From NCBI RefSeq assembly GCF_004010195.1, contig NC_057718.1, positions 100,837,637-100,901,636 on the forward strand: 64,000 nucleotides of DNA, in the 5' to 3' direction. Origin of the DNA: Chiloscyllium plagiosum. Its lineage: Eukaryota. Positions 12,630 to 24,546 of the stretch are shown one piece after another. Numbering within the stretch: position 1 is the stretch's first letter; the number at the start of each line of letters is the position of its first letter. The notes under the pieces were generated by a model that saw only the letters and a program-made list of their open reading frames with translations, made no database searches and was not told the DNA's origin. Position numbers and translations under genes: made by a program.

Positions 12630-12790
12630 AGGGAACACGTGGCATTCTCCATGGCAACAGCTGGACCAATCAGAGTCAACTTGCCGACCAATCCACATCA
12701 TCTTCTCACACAGTAAAAATTGTTGTTCCCTTTGGAACTCTGTATTCTTGCACCTGTCCTAATGAGTAGAAGATGAAAATCTTTGTTTCT
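12630..12790 (+). mobile_element. Old PLE-like pLTR remnant (family 4) with promoter-like motifs and decayed hammerhead core
   Basis: ccatggcaac, two CCAAT boxes, then tattcttgcacctgtcctaatgagtagaagatgaaa; related gcattcttgcattttgtcctgatgaatgcaagat at ~35392-35426. Confidence 0.4.
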
Positions 12791-14169
12791 GCTTTTTAAA
12801 CTCATTGATACTCAAGTTTCTTATTATCAAAAATGATTGTTTAATACACTTACAGTTCATAAGATAAGCTTACGGATGTGGAGTTTTGCATAAAGCTCTT
12901 GGCCACCCCTGTAAAAATTGGAAAATTGAATATTGAGCCTGGAAAATTACAAGCAGTCTCTGTGTTGGACTTAAACACACGCACATACATGGTGCACTAA
13001 CAGCTTCCTGGATTCTATGACAATACTTATGCCTGTTTACAAATGCAATCAGTTACATGTGCATTTGAAGCTGAGGATAGGGCCCTCACTGTTGATCTTT
13101 TTATTTTTAGACCCTGTGCGCTTCTCATTTGACCCCAATCAGAATCTCTCTGAGGCGATGACCTTCTGGTTTTTTTAACACGGCAATGCTGCATTGATTA
13201 AATGTGAAGAGGGTAAAAGTTCATTGACTACAATTTGCCTCCTCTTGTGATAACCGGTACTTCAGCTGGGTTGCTGTCGCAGGCACTGCCCTGGGAGTTG
13301 ACCTGTTTGATTTGATAAGTGAACACAAACTGTGCCAAAGCTTAGTCCCTAATAGCCCTCCTGTATCTCTATCCCACTGAGAAGGAAGTAGCGTTGTTTA
13401 GAAGCAACTGATTGTTGTTTCCTGCAGCAAAGCTTCATTCCTCTTTCAACGCTTGATCATTTTGGAGGAAGATCTTTCTCCTGAAAGTAGATGCGTCTAA
13501 TTTTGTGATCTCACTAAATGCTCTGGTGATTCCTGCCATTTCGAAGGCCGTCCATTCACAGTGTCTGCGCACAGCTAATTATCATTATTAATTCTCAGCA
13601 TGTGCCTGTCACTTGCAAGGCCAGCATTTTCCTAATTGCCCTTGGGAAGGCAGCAATGAGCTGCTACTTTCAATACAACCGAGGGGCCTGATAGGCCATG
13701 GTAGAGGGCAGTTGAGTGACAGCCATATTCCTCAGAGTCAGGGTCACAGATAGGGCCAAGCAACAACACGAACTTGTATTCATGTAGCATCGTAGGGAAT
13801 AAAATGTCCCGAGGTGCTCAACAGTCGCATTATACATTTAAATATGATACCGGCATCCATAAAGGGAGATTCGGTTAGACCAGTCCCTGGATAACGATCT
13901 ACTGATTTAATTCCTTAAAGGGAGTGTGAATATAATTGTACTTTGGTTGTAATGATCCAATCCTCAGTTTTAAGATATTTGTATAATTTACAAAAACTAA
14001 CAGAGTTGAGACAGCTCAGAGAGTTTTTCAGATACTCTGCTGATGTAATTCCAACATAGGGCTCAATTTCTTTCTCATAAATACAATCTCTTTTGTGGTT
14101 GGTGTTTTATAAAATTTGAGGCCAGTTTTGTGTTCCTTTGCATGTGCTCTCTCTCCAGACGTAAAGACA

Positions 14170-14950
14170 TACCCATGCAGTCACATGCACACTGCTATGG
14201 TGCACTCTCATACACATACACACACACTCCCTCACACATACTCTCTCACACATATTTGCACGCTGTTGCACACTCATTGTCTCTCACAATATTCTTTGTC
14301 ACATTTGCATGCTTCACACTTGCTCACTCTTTTTCACACTCGCACACCTGTATACTCTCACACGCATGCTTTCCCTCACGCGCTGTCTCGCACATTCATG
14401 CACTCTCTCACACTCTTACGCTGTCCCTCGCATGCTCAAACACTGTCTCTTACATGCTTGCATATGTTCTCTCACACTCACGCACACTCTTTCACACACT
14501 CGCCCATGCTGTCTCTCACACACACACTGAAGCACATGCTGTCTGTTGCATGCACTCACATGCTCGCACTTGCTGAGTCACTCACTCACACAGACTTGCA
14601 CATGCTCTGTCATACTTGCACACACTCACTCACAAACTCTCACATTTGTGTGCTCCCTCTCTCTCTCACTCTCAAGATCTCTACCTCACACATGCTCACA
14701 CACTGATCTTACATACACACTTCCATGCTCCTTCTGAGGTACACATTCACACCATGCACTGGCACACATCCTCTCTCTCTCATGTACATAACTTGTACAC
14801 TGATGCATATATGTGCATTCTTTCTCTCCAATGTGCATTCTTTCTCTCGCAAACTCACGTGCACACTCTCTCACACACATTTGTGTATCTCTGTCTCTCT
14901 CTCTCTCATGCGCTCTCTCGCTCTCTCACTCACTCACTCACTCACATTCT
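14170..14950. repeat. Degenerate (CA/CT)n low-complexity tract
   Basis: cacactctcacacatgc-like units; explains the His/Thr/Leu/Ser-rich ORFs. Confidence 0.9.
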
Positions 14951-15021
14951 TTCTTGTTTCTTGTCTCCCCCACACCCCATTGAGCGAGTGAAGATATTTA
15001 AACCAACCTTCTCCCTTGCAG

Positions 15022-15168
15022 GATCTTCCGAGGATTATGTGGTGCTGCTTCCTCCCATTTTTTCTTCCAATTCCAGGGTCCACTATCGAAGGTACAGGGG
15101 GAGGATTCGCTATCATCTTAATCAAAGCAAATCCCTTCACCTTCCAACAGGAGAGACCAATCAATTCG
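15022..15168 (+). CDS. Candidate internal coding exon of an unidentified gene (phase 1-1, 147 nt)
   Basis: Acceptor ccttctcccttgcag, donor G|gtactt, stop-free frame (G)SSEDYVVLLPPIFSSNSRVHYRRYRGRIRYHLNQSKSLHLPTGETNQF, several retained CpGs, non-repeat; no recognised homology. Confidence 0.3.
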
Positions 15169-15399
15169 GTACTTTCTTGCTTATAATTTAACAGTACAAT
15201 ATCTCACAGCTCCTGCCCTTTCCTTTTGCGACTTGCTTTCACATATGTGCTGAAATGATGTCGATGTGCAACAGTATGTAGTGGTTGTTTTCATCATCTA
15301 GTGGCTTGATCTAATGAGCTAGAGACTTGAGCTCTAATCCCACCACAGCAGTTGGGCTAGTTTCAATCCAGTTGATAAGTTGTAGACTATAAGACACAG

Positions 15400-15752
15400 A
15401 TCACCTATACTAGGAGAAAGTGAGGACTGCAGATGCTGGCGATCAGAGCTGAAAAATGTGTCGCTGGAAAAGCGCAGCAGGTCAGGCAGCATCCAAGGAG
15501 CAGGAGAATCGACGTTTCGGGCATAAGCCCTTCTTCAGGAATGACAGATCACCTTTACCTCCATCTCCATCCACCTATCACACTCAGCTATCTTCCCCCC
15601 CATCCCCACCCCCTCCCCACCCCCTCCCATTTGTCTCTCCACCCCTCCGGCTCCCAGCCTCATTCCTGATGAAGGGCTTTTGCTCGAAACATCGATTTTC
15701 CTGTTCCTCAGATGCTGCCTGACTTGCTGTGCTTTTCCAGCAACCCACTCTT
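15400..15752. mobile_element. PLE family-1 inverted element with longer sense arm
   Basis: Antisense arm 15412-15543, pyrimidine-rich sense arm to 15752; perfect 15-bp TSD gactataagacacag (15385, 15753). Confidence 0.85.
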
Positions 15753-17024
15753 GACTATAAGACACAGGAGCAGAGACAGGCCATTCAGCCCATAGAGCCT
15801 TCGTTTCCACCATTCAACAAGATCATAGTTGATCTGATCATCCTCGATTCCACTTTAGTAACCGAGGGGCTGCTAGTTTACCACTAAAATGCCAGCCAGG
15901 GAAGGGAAGCACTGGCTGGGTCTGACCTACATGTGGCTCCAGGACCATAGCAATGGAGCCAATCTCAGAATGCCCTCTGAAATGGCAGAGCAAAGCCACT
16001 TGATTTAGTGCAATTCGGGATGGGCTCATAAATACAGGCTCTTCCAGACAAATCAATGTCCCTGGCAAGAATGAAAAAAACAAACCCTCTCCCTTGCCCA
16101 CTAACCGGCTGGTGTCCATGACTAACTCATCAGCAATTTGGATGCAAATGTAATCACTATTTCAAGATTAAATGTGTGTGTTGCTGAGTGGATTGAGACT
16201 TCATTGTATTCACTCTGGGGGATAACGTTAACAGCCTGACCTGAAATTAAATTTTGTTTAAAAAATATCAGAGCCACCTGCAACAAACAACAGCCAGTCT
16301 TTTTAGGAGATTGGTCTCTTTCCAAAATCATCAATTTTATCTTAATTTTTATCCCTGTTTGGCGACGCATTTATTTACCAGGGACGACAGGCATGTTCAA
16401 ATTGAGGGAAATCTTCTGTCTGTCTCCTCCTTCTGCCATCTTTTAATCTTACTGAAAACAACAGGGCCCTGATCTAACTCTGGAGCTGCGTTACCAGTTT
16501 TCATACATTGAAGGAGTGTCAATTTTAGTCCATGTTTACCATCCTGTTAAATGTGCTGATTTCTCAGCTAATTGTAACAATTCTTGTTAAAATCCTAACA
16601 CGGCCTTTCTTTGAAGACAGTGGAGTCATTGTCATTCTCTCTGTACCTATTAAAATATATATACAGAAGGATTTAAACTTGAACGTAAGAGGAGTTGGAT
16701 GCAATTTGTCCTATTTATTTTGAAATGTGAAGAGGAGCATGTTGGGTGGTGATTAACCCCACCCCGATCCCCAGCGGTGAGATATGAACTTGATCACCCG
16801 CAGATCTGTTTGGGAAGAGCTGACAGGCAGAGCTCAGCCAAGATTTCCATCGGATCAAGGACCTCCAGGTTGGCCAACTGGGTCACCAGAAACTGCTGGC
16901 CAATCAGAGGCCAGTACCTCCTGGGTGCTGAGGGTGGTGGCCAGTTGCTTGGGAGATGACTGTGGATTCGTTTGGGTGGATTGGGGAGAGGTTCGTCAGG
17001 GGTCAGAGGCCAGGTTAGGGACAT

Positions 17025-17420
17025 ACATGCAAACCACCACCCTACAAACACGCCTCCACCACCCCACATACATGCACACTACCATCCCCCACACACACTT
17101 CCACTACCCCCCCACACACCTCCACCACCCCACGCACACGCCTCCACCACCCCCCACACACCTCCACCTGCAGACACATGCCTCCAACACACACACACCA
17201 CCACTACCTCAAACACACTCACACACCCATACAAACCAACCTTTCCACATACTTCTATAAACACATGCACAGACAGATAGACACACACACACCTCCTCAT
17301 GATCCCCCCCATCCACACGCAGTTACATGCACAGACACAGACACCCATACTCACCCAACCCACACACACACACACCCACTCCCATACTTGCCACCCTCAT
17401 ACTCTCACCTCACCTTATGC
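17025..17420. repeat. CAC/CA-rich low-complexity tract
   Basis: ccacacacacctccaccacc-like units. Confidence 0.85.
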
Positions 17421-17994
17421 ACAGATTAATTGTTATATTGCTGAAGTGGCCATAAAAAAAATCATTCATATGATGTGGGACAGCTCTAATTGTCCAACCC
17501 TAGTTACCCAGAGTGCCGTTAAGAGACATCTATGTTGCTGTGGATGTGGAGTTATGTGTAGGTCAGACCAGGTCAGGGTGACAGAATTCCCTCCCCTCAA
17601 GGGACCTGAATGAACCAGATGGGTTTTAAGGTAAGAAAATGGTCAAGTATTAGCCATTTAAGCATTTTAATTGCTCAAAAGTTGACAATGGAACTTCTCT
17701 CGCAGCTCGTCATTGCAGAGCAGAGGTGGTTACATTCCTCTCCAACTCACTGCATTATTTTCTCTTCTCATCATCTCAGCATGGAGGGAAGGAATTCCCC
17801 CTTAACATCTGACTCTGTGGATGAAACCACTGATGGTCACAAAGGTGGAGGGCTGTGACAAATTAAAGAAATTGTCCATGAGCATGATCATCTATTGTCA
17901 GAACGGGGGCATTTGTGATACAGTGGTAGTGGCCCTACCTCTGAATCAGGAGGCCAGGCTTCAGGTCCTACCTGCTCCAAAGGTGTGTAATAAC

Positions 17995-18127
17995 AAATAA
18001 AAGCCAAATGAACTGCGAATCCCGTAAGTCAGAGACAAACTGTTCTGAGGAAGGGTCGCTCAGCCCGAAATGTTAACTTCGATTTCTCTCCACAGTTGCT
18101 GCCAGACCTGCTGAGCTTTTCCAACAA

Positions 18128-18171
<44 letters not shown>
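17995..18171 (+). mobile_element. PLE family-3 element plus (TG)n(AG)n microsatellite inside SINE-4
   Basis: gttctgaggaagggtcgctcagcccgaaatgttaac...cctgctgagcttttcca; host SINE resumes at ataacatctct. Confidence 0.65.
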
Positions 18172-18172
<1 letters not shown>

Positions 18173-18644
18173 TAACATCTCTCCAACCAGGTTATTAGAA
18201 ATATTAACGGCCAAATAATTGACAAATGAATTTCAACACGGATGAGGGCGTGATTTTACATTTTTTGCAAAACAGGAAAGGCAAACATTGGTTCGAGCAT
18301 GAGAATCTAGCTGGAAAACAGGAGAGAGGCAATCTGCATGTTATAAATAAACATATAGTGTTGCAGGGTGCAGGCCATTCAAGAAAAATCAAATCAAGCA
18401 ACTTGGAGTTCTTTCAGGAGTGATTGAATTGTAAAGCAGAGACGTTGTGCTAATCTTGTATCGAGTCTTTGTGTACAGTTTTGGCTGTCGTTTTACTAAG
18501 AGGATACAGCGGCACTGGAGCGTCTACAAAGATTTTACAGGGATAATTGCTAGATCTGTGGGCTTACATCCACAAAGAGAGGAAGAATGGGCTGGTTCTC
18601 CTTCCTGTTAACACTGAGAATGTTGAGGAGTGACCACATTCAGA

Positions 18645-18842
18645 TCTGATCAGGAGATGCTGTTGTCGGACTGGGGTGGACAAAGTTTAAAAACCACGCA
18701 ACACCAAGTTATAATCCAACAGGTTTAATTGGAAGCACTAGCTTTCAGTAGCTACCTGATGAAAGAGCAATGCTCCGAAAATTAGTACTCCAAATAAACC
18801 TATTGGACTATAACCAGGTGTTGTGTGGTTTTTGACGTTGTG
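18645..18842. mobile_element. PLE family-2 inverted element in an old CR1 remnant
   Basis: Inverted arms around ctgatgaaagagcaatgctccgaaa; TSD cacattcaga (18635, 18843). Confidence 0.8.
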
Positions 18843-20769
18843 CACATTCAGAACGTTCTCATGATTTGATCGACAAACACAGGGGAGGGTGGAATGAGTA
18901 TTGCTGCTGTGGGAAAAGCATTAGCAGAGAATGTCAAGGTGAGATAGTCAACAAAAGGAATTCAAAAGAAAAACCTTGACCCAGAGAGTAGTGAGAGCCT
19001 GGAACTGGCTAGTACAGAGGGTGGTTGGGGTGAAGGGTATTCAGATGAAACTGGATAAGTACGTGAGAGAGTAAGAACAGCAGGGAAGTCTGGGGTGCCC
19101 CAGATGTTAGGGTCCCAAAAGCATGACACTGTTATAGCTGGACCACATTAGTGAGATGCCTCCTATATTGAAGGAGCAAGATGAAAGTTTAAATAAAAAA
19201 TCATCTCTATGGAGAGCTGTGGGACCTTGACCATGAGATACGTTACAAACAAACTTGGGATATATTGAACCGCATGATAATGACCGATGTTAATGATCGA
19301 TTGAGAGGGATGGGACACTTGTGTGGAGCATCAACACTGACCTGGAAATTTCAGCAGAATGGTCTGTTCCTTCTTGCACCGTGAAACCTGTTTCTCTTCA
19401 TTACGTCCAATGATGAGATCGGATTTGGCCTGAACTGATCATTCAGAAACCTATTCCTTACCAGCACTGTCAACATATACCTGCAGTACATGCACTGTAG
19501 TGGTCCTAGAAGTTAGCTCATAATTACCTTCACCAGGGCACTTGAGGGTGAACGGTGAATGTTGGCCGAACTAGCAAATGCCATGATCTAATCTCTAAAG
19601 GAAATTCAGTTGCCCTATTAAATAAAAAAACACTAAAATAAATTTAATTAAATAAACACATCTTCCTTGTGTTACTGAGACATTCTTGATATTGCTCCTT
19701 TGAGGCGAAGCACTACTGTATCCCAGGGAGGTCGGGTTATTGTATCTGTAAGCCGAGGAAAATAAGTGCAGTTTGAAGGGTTTTCTTAAACAAGAACAAA
19801 TGTGCGTTTCTGTCCTAGTCGTACGGCCAGTTTTGGGCATGATGCTTTCTCCAGATGAGCTGAATCACAAAAACCACAAACATAATTCAATTCTATTTGC
19901 TCCTTACTTAGTTGCATTAATAATAGTCTGATGCGATGTCACCAGGTTGGGCTGGTATTGTTGCCTTAATTGAACAAAAACTCAAGCCGGGTCCGTTGAT
20001 TTCTTTTCAGCCAGTTTCCTCTTAAAACTTTGATTTGGGAGCTGACTTGGCAATGCCTGAGTGCAGATGGTTTAGCAGAACCTCACAATTCCTATTTGTT
20101 CTCCGTTGCAATGTTTCCTGTTTCCTATTTATCACCTTACATTTATCGACATTAAATATTCCTTCATCCATCAGATTAATTGATCTATAATTTTGTCAAT
20201 GATCTTTATACTCCTTTAGCTCCCGTCCTTACGAATCACCGTTAAAAATTTGGTATGGTCTCAGTAGTTATTGTTCTTTCAAGTCTAATGTGGATAAGGT
20301 GCTCTGTAAGAAACATGAAACCTGTTCTTATTCTGGAACTCTGCTAGTCCCCACTCCTAGATTAGCAGATTTTAAGTTACAAATTGCAGGGTCAGTTTTC
20401 AATACCAAGTTTCAATGTGCCATTAATTCTGCAAAATGTATTCCCCTTTGGGAAATCATAGAAAAATCCAAATAGGCTGAATCTCTCGTCTAATTGTTTG
20501 GTTACTGCCTCGAACAATTCCAACAATTTACTGAAACATAGCTTATCACTTACAAGTCCACACTAATTGCTGCTCATAGCCTCAGTGTTCTTTCGATTGG
20601 ATATTGATGGTTTTGAAAAAAATGCCATCAAGCAGTTTTTCATTTCAGATGTTTTTGGCTCCTTCTGTAATTTCAAACTTTATGTTTCGCTCCTGCACTT
20701 AACATTGGAACAGCCATTGTTGTCTTGGATGTAACCTCCTGTTACAAAACGCCAGAAATGCTAACTTTT

Positions 20770-21080
20770 TTTTGTTCATTCACGGGATGATGGTGTCGCT
20801 GGCTGGGCCAGCATTTATTACCCATCGCTAATCTCCCCAGAGGGCAGTTGAGAGTCAACCACATTGCTGTGAGTGTGGAGTCAGGTGAAGGCCGGAATAT
20901 GTAAGGATGGCAGTTTCCTTCCCTACAGGGGATTAGTGAAACAGATGGGCTTTTTTTTCCTGACATTTGACAGTCATCATTAATTCCAGACTTTTACTGA
21001 ATTCAAATTCACCATCTGCTGTGGTATTCGAACCCTGGATTAACAGTCCATCGATAATACCATGAGGCCAGCACCTCCCC
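20770..21080 (-). mobile_element. SacSINE-like SINE
   Basis: Reverse complement of 23618-23940. Confidence 0.8.
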
Positions 21081-21989
21081 TAAATACTGGAGCTGTATTT
21101 CGTTTCTATTGTGCAATTGTCCCATTTATTCTGGCCACTTGCTGGGCATTTGATTGCTTCTGTTGCTAGCATGATACTTTCCTGATGTGTTCTTATGGTG
21201 TGGATATCTGAACCAAAATGGAGAGCTGGAAAGGGGATGAAAGATTGTCAGGGATATGTAGGAATGTAGAGTTGAGGTTAAAATCAGATCAGCTATTATT
21301 CTTATTGAATGACAGCATGGGTTTAAAGGGCCGAGCGGCCTACTCTTTGTTTATATTTAGAATTTGATCTTACTCTCCATTTATGAAGATTATGTTGAGA
21401 CAGTTTGCACTGATTTATTCCTTTTTCAATTTATCTGTCACAGCTCCTGTGTGTTAATACACGGTCAACTGTTAAACTTGTTAAAGTGAAATCTTTTCAA
21501 CCCTCATGCTGTTAGTTCCTCATTTGTATTGGCCACTTTCCCTTAGGACAATTCTGAGTCCTCACTGATTTCAGTTCGAAATGCTTCTGTTTAGACCTTC
21601 TGCTTATTTCAGGCCTTTGTGTACAGAAGTGCTTCCCAAAGTCTCTCCTGAATGGTCTGGTCCTGTTTAACCTCATCAGGTGAATGGTTGACCTCTGCCG
21701 CATCTGGTTTCTCCAAGATCCTACACACTCTTCCACAACCTCTCTCTTATTGCAACTTCCATGCCTGAGTGGTATTGGCTTAGCTAAACCTCACAATTCC
21801 CATTTGTTCTCTGTTGCAATGTTTTCTGTTTCCTGTGTATCACCTTACATTTATCAACATTAAATATTCCTTCGTCCATGAGATTAATTGATCAATAATT
21901 TTGTTTGCCGGATCAGTTGTTAATTGTAAATATGCAATGCGTAAATTCATGCTAAGCAAAGGAAGCAAAACTAACATGGTCATTCTAAA

Positions 21990-22173
21990 AGATGAAAGAC
22001 TTAAGCTTAATTTGTTTAATATTACATTCCATTATACTGCAATCCTGTTGCTATAAAGTCTGTGTCTTAAGATTCTGCTCCACAACCACCTGATGAAGAA
22101 GTAGCGCTTTGAAAGCTAGTGATTCCAAATAAACCAGTTGGACTATAACCTGGTGTTGTGTGATTTTTAATTT
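21990..22173 (+). mobile_element. PLE family-2 sense arm with upstream TATA-like box
   Basis: tataaa at ~22052, then cacctgatgaagaagtagcgctttgaaagctagtg and the family-2 3' end gtgatttttaa. Confidence 0.7.
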
Positions 22174-23354
22174 TGTTAGGCAAAGGCATTAAGGGATATG
22201 AGCCAAAGGCAGGTATATGGTGTTAGGTCACAGATCATGATCTCATTGAATGGTGGAACAGACTTGAGGGGCCGAGTGGCCTCCTATTCCAATATACACC
22301 TAAAGAGTTAGGTTTGAATGACCCTTGCAAAATATTTTCATGGTAACATGCTGCAGATAGTTGTATATTGTCCATTCTTTTTCTGCTTCATTTGTCATTT
22401 CTGCTATGGTCCACCAACCAGAAGTTTAACTTTTCTGCACTCAAGAGTTTTCTTCTTGTTGACTTGGTGCTGTAGAATCAGCCACATTGTCTAAATAAGA
22501 CAGACTATAAAACGCTGGGGCCATCAAGCTACATCAGGGAAAGTAGTACTTCTTGTGTAACCCAGATCTGCCTGAATGGGTGTGCTTTCACAAAGCAGGT
22601 GTAGATATGGCAACACTGCAAACTACTGCTCACCAGAGGATGTAAACCAGCTGCAGGGGATTACAGCTCTGTAAAGTGACTTGATTTTGAGTGTATTAGC
22701 CATGGAAATGGCTGTGCTTAATCATTCCCACAGTGACGTGAGGTCTTTTGCCCTATTAACATTACCTCTCTAAAAGTGGTAGCTAAGTGTCTCCTCACCC
22801 CAGCCCTCCTCACTTCTGTTTAAATTTGTGTTGTGAAGTTTGCTGTCTCTCGGGCAGAGATTGTGTGGGTTTGGGCTGGTGGGTGGAAGTAGAGGGGTAG
22901 CCTGAGCATATCTGACCCCTTTTAATGCTAATCTTTGCAATCGCTATGCCTGCACCTTCACCCTTCACCTTTCACCATTACCCTGCTCTTGGCTAACCAC
23001 AGCTCCCTGTTGAAGAGAATAACTCTCACTGCCCCCATGCTCCCAATGAACTTGATTTTTCTAAAGTCAACCTCTCACCCCGGAAGTCTGCTGGCTGTCT
23101 GCTCTTTTTGTGTTCCTGTGTTATTTCCTTGTGCACTTTGAAGGATGAGTGTGGGTGTGTATGGTGTGTGTGAACCAAGTGTGTTCCATTCAAAAATTAG
23201 CTTTGCGAAGGTGTGTTCCACACTTCCTTACATGTGGTTGATCACTTAGAAGTCATCTGCATAGCCAAAGTGGTGCAAACTTCTGGATTTCTTCATGCAG
23301 TAACTAATTATATTTCCTTCCCTAATGATGGAAAAAAGCAATTCTTAAAAATTT

Positions 23355-23590
23355 AGTTGTGGAATGTGGGCGTTGCTGGCTGAGCTCAGTATTCATTGCC
23401 CGTCCCTTGAGAAGGTGTGGATGAGCTGCCGCCTTGAACTGCTACAGTCCAAGTGCTGTAGGTAGACCCAGCATGCCCTGAGGGAGGGAATTCCAGGATC
23501 TTGACCCAGCGACAGTGAAGGAACGATAACATATTTCCATGTCAGGATGGTGTGTGGCGTGGAGAGGAACTTGCAGGTGATGGTGTTCCA
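23355..23590 (-). mobile_element. CR1/L2-group LINE 3' tail
   Basis: Reverse complement of 29800-30035. Confidence 0.75.
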
Positions 23591-23617
23591 GAACGTGTGC
23601 TTTTTGCAGCAATCTTA

Positions 23618-23940
23618 GGGGAGGTGATGGCTTAGCGGTACTATCGCTGCACTGTTAATCCAGAGACCCAGGAAATGTGCTAGGGACCCAGGTTCAAATC
23701 TCACCATGGGCAGATGGTGGAATTTGAATTCAATACCAATCTGGAGTTAAGAGTCTAGTGATAATCACAAATCCATTGCCAAATCAGTTGTTGGAAAAGC
23801 TCATCTGGTTCACTAATGTAGGTCTGCCCTACGTGTGACTCCAGGCCCTCAGCAATATGTTTGCTTCTTAATTGCCCTTTGGGATGGGCAATAAATGCTG
23901 ACCTAACCAACAATGCCCTCATCCCTTGATTGAATAACAA
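23618..23940 (+). mobile_element. Full SacSINE-like tRNA-derived SINE
   Basis: A box tggcttagcgg, B box ggttcaaatc, body, tail gggatgggcaataaatgctg shared with the second LINE family. Confidence 0.8.
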
Positions 23941-24359
23941 AAATCTGCTCAGAATGTTGTCTAAGTTCTGGTTTTTAGTTATTAAAAGACATCAATAACT
24001 TACACCACCTGAATAAGATGATTTCTTCTTAGCAAAAGGAACCGTTTCATTGATGGTCACAGCGGCAGGGACAGTTATGAAGGGGCTCTGATACTACTCC
24101 TGACCCACACCCTAACCCAAGGGGACCAGGCTCCCATTTCTGGGTTACCATGTCCCAGGTCCTGGATGGTCACATCATACTTCCGGTTTTTGAAGTTTTT
24201 TACAGCCTGGAGAATGAAATTGTCCAAAATACCAAGAGCCTGGGGAATATTGTAACCTTTCCTACAGTTTTCTTTCACCAAAAAAGTGGGTGGAGGACAA
24301 AGATGGTAATGATGTGTTCAACAGACAGCTGGTGCATGTAATCCTCTGGTATTTAGCTC

Positions 24360-24546
24360 AAGGTATTCAGAATTACTGTTTTTGGAGATCATTTTTCTTT
24401 CTTTTTGGGAGAATGATTATCCACACAGTCAGTCGCCTGAGGCGGGAATTGAACCCGGGTCTCTGGCGCTGTGAGGCAGCAGTGCTAAGGTATTCAGAAT
24501 TACTGTTTTTGGAGATCATTTTTCTTTCTTTTTGGGAGAATGATTA
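24360..24546. repeat. Perfect 60-bp direct repeat flanking a 67-bp HE1 fragment
   Basis: 24360-24419 is identical to 24487-24546; spacer 24420-24486 is a minus-strand HE1 head piece. Confidence 0.92.

Noticed and set aside
14116..14991. Long ORFs of 148-196 aa
   Set aside because: Read-through of the (CA/CT)n tract; open in several frames with low-complexity His/Thr/Ser/Leu content
16784..17613. Pro/His/Thr-rich ORFs
   Set aside because: CAC-rich low-complexity DNA
24360..24546. CRISPR-like repeat-spacer unit
   Set aside because: Eukaryotic context, only two 60-bp repeats, the spacer is a SINE fragment, no cas genes
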